The notes beneath the pieces are model-generated. The model was given only the letters and a program-made list of their open reading frames with translations. It was not told the origin of the DNA and searched no databases. From assembly GCA_963727895.1 (NCBI GenBank), contig CAVSHT010000004.1, positions 288,001 to 352,000 on the forward strand: 64,000 bases of DNA, written 5' to 3'. Shown here in pieces: positions 57,262 to 64,000 of the stretch (positions are counted from its first letter, which is position 1; each line of letters begins with the position of its first letter). The translations under genes and the position numbers were made by a program. This DNA is from an uncultured Methanosarcinaceae archaeon (GTDB lineage Archaea > Halobacteriota > Methanosarcinia > Methanosarcinales > Methanosarcinaceae).

Positions 57262-59751
57262 ATGAATGTTGTAGCAAAAAATAGGGTGGTTAAGGCAACA
57301 CTTGAAAGTTTTATTGGTTTAACCATACTGTCACTGACACCGGCACTGGCATCTGCCAGTGAAGCGAATCTTAAAATACCGAACTTGAGCCCAGAACAAA
57401 ACAATCTATTGTTCTACGGTATTATTGTCTGTATATTAGGCATGTTATTCGGTCTTTATCAGTTTACAAAAGTAAAGAAAATAAAGGCTCACCAGTCCAT
57501 GCTGGATGTGGCTAACACAATTTACGAGACCTGTAAGACCTATCTTATCCAACAGGGAAAGCTGTTGTGTATATTATTTGTTTTTATAGGCGTATGTATA
57601 GCCTTCTATTTCGGATTCTTGCAGGAAACACCTCTTAGCGGAGTATTGCTAATCCTTGCCTCTACCATTATAGGAATACTTGGTTCTTACAGTGTAGCAT
57701 GGTATGGAATTCGTATGAATACTCTAGCAAATAGCAGGACTGCATTCGTATCCCTTGAAAAAAAACCACTTAAACTCTTAAACATTGCTCTTGACGCAGG
57801 AATGAGTATAGGAGTACTTCTTGTCTGCGTTGAGTTAATAATGATGTTAATTATATTGCTTTTTGTTCCAAGGAATCTGGCTGGAGCAAGCTTCGTAGGC
57901 TTTGCAGTTGGAGAGTCTCTTGGAGCTAGCGCATTACGTATTGCAGGCGGTATATTCACCAAAATCGCAGATATTGGTTCTGACCTGATGAAAATAGTTT
58001 TCGGAATAAAAGAAGACGACCCACGTAATCCAGGAGTTATTGCTGATTGTACTGGAGATAACGCAGGAGATAGTGTCGGACCTACTGCAGACGGATTTGA
58101 AACCTATGGTGTAACCGGAGTTGCACTCGTCTCATTCATTGTTCTGGCTGTGCAGCCTGCTTTGACAGCGACGCTGCTTACATGGATTTTCGTAATGCGT
58201 GTACTCATGATTATCACTTCAGTAACTTCTTTTTACATCAACAGAACACTCAGTCAAGTAAGATTTAGCAACAAAGACGATTTCGATTTTGAACAGCCTC
58301 TTACCAGCCTTATATGGATCACTTCTATTCTTTCCATAGTAGTAACATTTGCAGTAAGCTATTACTTGCTGGGTCCGGGTTCTCAGGCACCTGTTCAGTT
58401 ACAAAACGTATGGTCTGTGCTGGCAGTAATAATAAGCTGTGGTACCTTGGGAGCAGCTTTAATTCCAGAATTTACCAAGATATTTACAAGCCCGAATTCA
58501 AAGCATGTAGCTGAGGTTGTTAAAGCTTCTAGAGAAGGTGGTCCGTCTCTCAACATACTTTCCGGACTAGTTGCAGGTAACTTCAGTGCATTCTGGATCG
58601 GCATGGTATTCCTTTTACTGATGTACTTTGCCTATTTCGCCAGTGGTTTTGGCTTGAGCGAGATAATGATTTATCCTTCCATATTTGCATTTGGCCTGGT
58701 AGCTTTTGGGATGCTGGGCATGGGCCCTGTTACTATAGCAGTTGACAGCTATGGACCGGTAACGGATAACGCTCAGTCCATTTACGAACTGTCACTTATT
58801 GAAACTATCCCAAAAATAAAGGAGCAGATCAAGAGAGAATTCAACTTTGAACCGGATTTCGATAAAGCCAAACATTATTTGGAAGCAAATGATGGAGCAG
58901 GAAATACTTTTAAGGCCACAGCCAAACCGGTTTTGATAGGTACAGCTGTGGTTGGTGCTACAACCATGATCTTCTCTTTGATTCTTGTCATTAAGGAAGT
59001 TCTTGGTGTACAGCCAGAACAAATTCTGACTCTGCTTAATCCATATACAATTTTCGGATTATTAGCAGGAGGCTGTGTAATTTACTGGTTTACCGGAGCA
59101 TCAATGCAGGCCGTAACTACCGGAGCTTACAGGGCAGTTGAATATATCAAAGAAAATATACAGCTTGATGAAAATGCCAGTCAGAAAGCATCTACTGAAA
59201 AGTCAAAAGAAGTGGTAAAAATCTGTACCCAGTATGCACAGCAGGGTATGTTCAATATATTTGTAGCCATATTTTCTTTTACCCTGGCGTTCTCTTGCCT
59301 CTCCGCTCCTATAGCTGGAAATGATTCTGTTGCATTCTTTGTCGCATATTTGATTTCCATTGCAGTATTCGGACTGTTCCAGGCAGTATTCATGGCAAAT
59401 GCTGGCGGATGCTGGGATAATGCCAAAAAAGTAGTGGAAGTAAACCTTCAGGAAAAAGGCACAGCTTTACATGAGGCAACCGTGGTAGGCGATACTGTAG
59501 GAGATCCATTTAAAGATACTTCCTCAGTTGCCCTGAATCCTATAATCAAGTTCACTACTTTGTTTGGATTGTTATCTATGGAAATGGCTATCTCAGAGTC
59601 GTTCAGAAGTATGGCACCATATGTAGGCGGCGTATTCCTTTTGATTGCGTTAGTATTTGTCTGGCGTTCATTCTATAGAATGAGAATACCTCAAAGAGAT
59701 GAGAGCTCAAGCAGAGGAATTGTGAAAGAATCAATTGTTAATCAGGACTAA
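57262..59751 (+). CDS. hppA: Membrane-bound ion-translocating pyrophosphatase
   Basis: GGIFTKIADIGSDL, EDDPRNPGVIAD..GDN, DSYGPVTDNA, GDTVGDPFKDTS. Confidence 0.95.
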   Translation: MNVVAKNRVVKATLESFIGLTILSLTPALASASEANLKIPNLSPEQNNLLFYGIIVCILGMLFGLYQFTKVKKIKAHQSMLDVANTIYETCKTYLIQQGKLLCILFVFIGVCIAFYFGFLQETPLSGVLLILASTIIGILGSYSVAWYGIRMNTLANSRTAFVSLEKKPLKLLNIALDAGMSIGVLLVCVELIMMLIILLFVPRNLAGASFVGFAVGESLGASALRIAGGIFTKIADIGSDLMKIVFGIKEDDPRNPGVIADCTGDNAGDSVGPTADGFETYGVTGVALVSFIVLAVQPALTATLLTWIFVMRVLMIITSVTSFYINRTLSQVRFSNKDDFDFEQPLTSLIWITSILSIVVTFAVSYYLLGPGSQAPVQLQNVWSVLAVIISCGTLGAALIPEFTKIFTSPNSKHVAEVVKASREGGPSLNILSGLVAGNFSAFWIGMVFLLLMYFAYFASGFGLSEIMIYPSIFAFGLVAFGMLGMGPVTIAVDSYGPVTDNAQSIYELSLIETIPKIKEQIKREFNFEPDFDKAKHYLEANDGAGNTFKATAKPVLIGTAVVGATTMIFSLILVIKEVLGVQPEQILTLLNPYTIFGLLAGGCVIYWFTGASMQAVTTGAYRAVEYIKENIQLDENASQKASTEKSKEVVKICTQYAQQGMFNIFVAIFSFTLAFSCLSAPIAGNDSVAFFVAYLISIAVFGLFQAVFMANAGGCWDNAKKVVEVNLQEKGTALHEATVVGDTVGDPFKDTSSVALNPIIKFTTLFGLLSMEMAISESFRSMAPYVGGVFLLIALVFVWRSFYRMRIPQRDESSSRGIVKESIVNQD

Positions 59752-59760
59752 ATATATGCC

Positions 59761-59793
59761 AAGCCTTACAACAAATCTAATGTTGTAAGGCTT
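59761..59793 (+). terminator. Perfect 13-bp stem-loop just after hppA
   Basis: AAGCCTTACAACA-7nt-TGTTGTAAGGCTT. Confidence 0.6.
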
Positions 59794-59997
59794 CTTACAT
59801 AAAAAACTGAAAGCAAGTACTTCTGAGGACTTTTACAAGCTGAAATAAATAGATAAATATACTTTTTATTTGACGACAATAAAAAGTTCTCCTCATTTTT
59901 TGGGATAAATAAGAAGAAATTTTAAAATATTATTTTGAGAAATTTATTGGGTAAAAAAGAATTTAGAGTATTTCTATAAAGCCGATATTTCAGAGCA

Positions 59998-60756
59998 GGT
60001 ATTGTTACTTAACTATATCTAGTTCTTTATTTCTGTATTTCATCAATAGAATAACCGAGTACTTTAGCATTTCAAGACTTTTTGTATAACACTTTGTCTT
60101 TCTTCTCAATCTTGCTAGAAAATGCCTCAATATGCTGTTATATCCCTCAACTGTAAATGTTTCTGCTTTTGATTGAGTATGACTCTTTTCAGGAAGAAAT
60201 TCTGCATATGCCCTCCAGTGATCTGTCATCACTTCTCCAATTTCTTTTTTCTTCATTTTTTCCTAGAGTAGGTTTCCAGTTTCTGTTCCTCTGCTACCAA
60301 AAGAGCAGTTGATGAACTTTTTCCCAACTCTATCAACAGCAATCCAGATCCAGCAATATTTTTATTTGTTGCCGATGTACGTGTGCATTTCATCCATTTC
60401 AACAATAGATATCTCATTTTCACTTTTTAGAGCCTCTAACTCCTGACCAAATTTCTTTATCCATTTTTGGACAGAAACATGACTCACCCCTAAAAATCGT
60501 CCTATTGAACGAAAGCCTAATCCTTCAAGATAGAGTTGTAAAGCCTGTCTTTTTACAGAAGCGGAAAAAGCAGTTGATTTTAGCTCTACTGTATAGTTAT
60601 AGCCACAATCAGAGCATTTGTACCGTTGACGCCCGCCAACTATACCGTTCTCACCAACTATACCGTTCTTTTTGTGACTGGAACTATTGCATCTGGGGCA
60701 GTTAATGAAGAAATATACTTTCTAATAGTATATAACTATGTTTAAGTATCAATACC
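59998..60756 (-). mobile_element. IS1-family element, 759 bp, inactivated
   Basis: Terminal IRs; 18-bp duplication; ATT start; slippery site reads AAC AAA TAA AAA TAT; no TSD. Confidence 0.95.
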
Positions 60757-61264
60757 TTATATTCGAAATTTAATTATATTCCACCACAAAAAAAGTCGTG
60801 CACAAATAAAAGAGATTTATACACTTGAGCAACTAATCGAACATCTAGATGAAAAGTATAGAAAGAGTGACTGCATAGCTATATATATTGGTCCTGGCTT
60901 CGAAATTATTATTGAGCAGCAAAATATATAGAACAAGTTCCACTCGAGTGGAATTCAAAAGCTGCTCTGCGAACACTTTGGCATAGAATGTGGGCTGGTA
61001 GAATATGAATTTACAGGCACTGCTGGCAAAGGACAAGTGAGAGTTAAAGACGTATCTATTATAACTTCTTTATAAAGCCTCTAGACAAGCTGGCTGCAGG
61101 GGTAGGAGGAAAAATCGACTCAGTCAGCTCTTCAGGCGAAAAAATATTTAATCTATTAACTATTTTTTTTATTGTCGCTTCTTCTAGAATTGCATTTTTT
61201 ACACTTTAGTTGCAAAATGATGTAGTGAACCACACAAATAATTTTGAGAGTCCAAAAATAAATA

Positions 61265-61752
61265 TTAAATCGATCCAATATCTCTTGAATAAATCTTCAG
61301 AACCCTCTCAACTGCCTCTTCAGCGCGCTTGCTATAAAAAGTCCAGATAGCTTCTTTCACCAGAATTGAAAGCTGGTCTTCAGGAGCATTTTTCGGAATC
61401 TCTACTATAAGTTGACAATCATTGAAAGAAGTAAGAGGTTTTTTGATATTATCCATCAATTTGATTTTTAGAGGATACTCTTTACCCAGATAAAAGTAGA
61501 TTTCACCTTCAAGATACTGCTTTTTTTGATCTGGCAGCCTATTTGCTTCAAACCATTCAAGCTTTTTTAAGATCCAAAGAGCTTTCTCTCAACCATTTCT
61601 CGAATAATATTCGTACTCATCCCATGAGGTGCTCGAAACTCAACTTTCATATCTGGAAAAACAAAAATAGCTGCCCTCTTTCTATTTCTACTGTAAACGA
61701 TCTCATAACTTATAGTTTTACCACAGGCTTTAATGATATCGTTTTTTCTCAT
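61265..61752 (-). pseudogene. YgjP/DUF45-like metallopeptidase, frameshifted and truncated
   Basis: Y....R.RK.A.I...V..RAP, then out-of-frame YLEGE..YLGK.Y.L; ends before HExxH. Confidence 0.7.
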
Positions 61753-61834
61753 CTCGAAGTCCTCAGTTTATAACAAATTTCCAACCCCACTGTTCTTCTA
61801 ATTACTTTTTCTAATTTCGATCTCATCGTCTTTC

Positions 61835-62614
61835 TCATTCATTGAATTTCTTGTAGAGATAATTTGCCGTTACCTGGAAAAGCAGGATAAATATTACCAA
61901 CAACAGGATATCTAGGACAGGTGAAAATAACGATTTACCGGTATATGCGTACTCAATCAAATCATTTCCATATGTGAGGGGAGACACCAGTGCAATCTGC
62001 TGCCCAATCTTAGGCATGGTTGATATAGGAATAAAAACGCCGGAAATAAAAATAAGCGGTAGTCTAACCGTGTTTAGCATTGACATAACTTCTCCCACAT
62101 TCTCTGTAGGATATGCGGCAAATAATGTCCCAAGAGTTGCAAAACAGAATGCTGTAAGTATCATAGAAATAATAAGGATCGGTACGTTCATTATAGGAGT
62201 GCCGAACACAAGAACACCTATGGCAAGCGGTAAACAAGCGATGCCGAGGCTATATAGAAAACCACTCAGACTTTCACCTGAAACCAGTGAATATAAAGAA
62301 ATCGGTGCAGAAAGTAGACGTTCAAAAGTTTTTACCCGTCTTTCGATAGGTATCGAGACCGGTTCTATTGATGAAGCAGAAAATAGGAGGGTAATTGATA
62401 TTAATCCCGGGATGAGGACACCTGGAGCCGTATTTTTTCCAATAGCAAAGGCGAGGAACATAAAAAGCGGGAAGAAAATGCCGGAAACTATGATATTAGG
62501 CTTGAAATAGTAAATCCGCATATCTTTTTTTGCAATCGCCCAGGCGGCGGAAATTTCAAAAGACAGACGCTTTATCAGTCCTGTATTATCAGTCAATTGC
62601 ATGAATTTTCTCAC
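61835..62614 (-). CDS. ABC-2 type exporter permease
   Basis: ER...TFERLL.AP, FISGVF.P, SPLTY. Confidence 0.88.
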   Translation of the reverse strand: MRKFMQLTDNTGLIKRLSFEISAAWAIAKKDMRIYYFKPNIIVSGIFFPLFMFLAFAIGKNTAPGVLIPGLISITLLFSASSIEPVSIPIERRVKTFERLLSAPISLYSLVSGESLSGFLYSLGIACLPLAIGVLVFGTPIMNVPILIISMILTAFCFATLGTLFAAYPTENVGEVMSMLNTVRLPLIFISGVFIPISTMPKIGQQIALVSPLTYGNDLIEYAYTGKSLFSPVLDILLLVIFILLFQVTANYLYKKFNE

Positions 62615-63548
62615 CTGTTGCCCGTTGTAGACCTGTTAACTTTATGAATACATCTTCTAGGCTCGGACCAAGAGTTGTGATACTTATAACTTTAAGGTTA
62701 TTTGCATGAGCGTAATCCATTAAGGCATTGATAGCTTCAGAAGGATCTTCAGTATAGAGCTTAAATTTATCACCTTCTTTTTGTGCCTCGTTTACCATGG
62801 AGAAACGTCTGAGCTCGTCAAGCTGATCTGCTGAATTATAATCAAAAGAAACTTCAATCGACTGCACGCTTTCTATTGTTTTCTTCAATGATTCAGGAGA
62901 GTCAATTGCAACAATATGCCCTTTATTAATAATTGCTACCCTATCACACATGACATTTGCCTCCTCAATATTATGCGTCGTTAAAAAAACAGTAACACCA
63001 TCCTTAACAAGATCTGAAACCACATCTCGAATGATAAGATTGCTTTGTACGTCGAGTCCTGAGGTTGGTTCGTCCAGGAACAATAAATGTGGACTATTAA
63101 CCAGTCCCATTGCGAGCGTCAGACGCCGCTTCATCCCCTTCGAAAAACCATGCGCTTTATCATTGCGCCGGTCATATAATTCAAATTTATTAAGTAGTTC
63201 GGTTGCCTTATTTTCTCTTTCTTTCCGCCCCACATGATAGAGCTCGGCGGAAAACATTAGATTTTGCCATGCTGTCAGGTCATCATAAACATTGGAATTT
63301 TCGGCAACAATCCCCATTGACTGCCTTGCAGCAATAGTATCGTGCTCAATATCATGGCCAAAAATAGCTGCCGTTCCAGATGTAGGTCTTGAAACTCCAG
63401 TCAAAATACGAATTGTAGTAGTCTTGCCAGCCCCATTGGGACCCAAAAAACCAAATGTTTCTCCTTCACCAACTGAGAAACTAATATCATTGAGTGCAGT
63501 AAGAGAACCAAATTTCTTGATTAGGTGAGATACCTCAATTGCTTGCAT
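62589..63548 (-). CDS. ABC exporter ATP-binding protein (DrrA-like)
   Basis: GPNGAGKTT, FSKGM, LDEPTSGLD, SLEDVF. Confidence 0.92.
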   Translation of the reverse strand: MQAIEVSHLIKKFGSLTALNDISFSVGEGETFGFLGPNGAGKTTTIRILTGVSRPTSGTAAIFGHDIEHDTIAARQSMGIVAENSNVYDDLTAWQNLMFSAELYHVGRKERENKATELLNKFELYDRRNDKAHGFSKGMKRRLTLAMGLVNSPHLLFLDEPTSGLDVQSNLIIRDVVSDLVKDGVTVFLTTHNIEEANVMCDRVAIINKGHIVAIDSPESLKKTIESVQSIEVSFDYNSADQLDELRRFSMVNEAQKEGDKFKLYTEDPSEAINALMDYAHANNLKVISITTLGPSLEDVFIKLTGLQRATGEKIHAID

Positions 63549-63710
63549 ATATCCTGATACTACATTTAATACTTAAATCATTCTCACAAGATGATTTCAA
63601 AAAAGAACGCCTATTTCCGGATGGAAATCAGAAACCGGAGGCGCCGTTTAATCCCTTTTTAATAACCCTAAATTTAACTGAATTTCCCTTGATAAATTTA
63701 AAGTTGATTA

Positions 63711-64000
63711 TTAGTTCTTTTCTTCATAGCACTTTGATGGTTGCCATCCTTCAATTTCTAGTGCTTCCAGTACTGTATAAACTCTTCTATCTGTAGTCCC
63801 GCTGATTTCTGCTATTTCTTCTATGGTTGCTTTAGAAATCATTCCGTTATTTTCAGTTTTACATTGAACCAGCAATGAAGCTATTTCATTGAATATCTTT
63901 TTAGCTCCATTAAATTCTTTGATCTTGCTGTAGTCTTCTATGTTTGATAATTTTAGAAAATCTCTTGCAAATTGCCTTGATGTTTCACTAACATTCACTC
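63711..64000 (-). CDS. C-terminal part of a protein with an HTH-like motif (window edge)
   Basis: ATIEEIAEISG...RVY.VL..L. Confidence 0.5.
   Translation of the reverse strand, partial: VNVSETSRQFARDFLKLSNIEDYSKIKEFNGAKKIFNEIASLLVQCKTENNGMISKATIEEIAEISGTTDRRVYTVLEALEIEGWQPSKCYEEKN

Overview
This is an AT-rich archaeal chromosomal segment, most likely from a Methanosarcina species. That assignment is inferred from gene content (type II GAPDH, Pcc1, Brix, PdaD, AksA-like, DapL) and from the IS families present. The housekeeping and accessory genes include a Tat locus (2x tatA, 2x tatC), a four-gene surface-glycosylation cluster, paired hydantoinase-like ATPases, an alpha-glucan phosphorylase, suhB-nadK, a long membrane pyrophosphatase and ABC transporters. 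They sit in a background of heavy insertion-sequence expansion: about 12 IS1-family copies or fragments (~7.4 kb), two IS6 copies plus a relic, two IS1634 fragments and several MITE-like elements, together roughly one sixth of the window. Many genes are pseudogenes (P-type H+-ATPase, ABC permease, ModD-like, YgjP-like, DUF3160, Tes-like remnant). The most notable observations are: an IS1 deletion-inversion plus duplication scar next to an in-frame fused transposase; a hidden ATT-start tautomerase gene; a multi-stem structured intergenic element; a dispersed palindrome-associated repeat family; asymmetric TatC paralogs; and the GT2/flippase/methyltransferase/GT-C cluster. No rRNA, tRNA or CRISPR array was seen. 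All calls come from reading the sequence; no searches were run.
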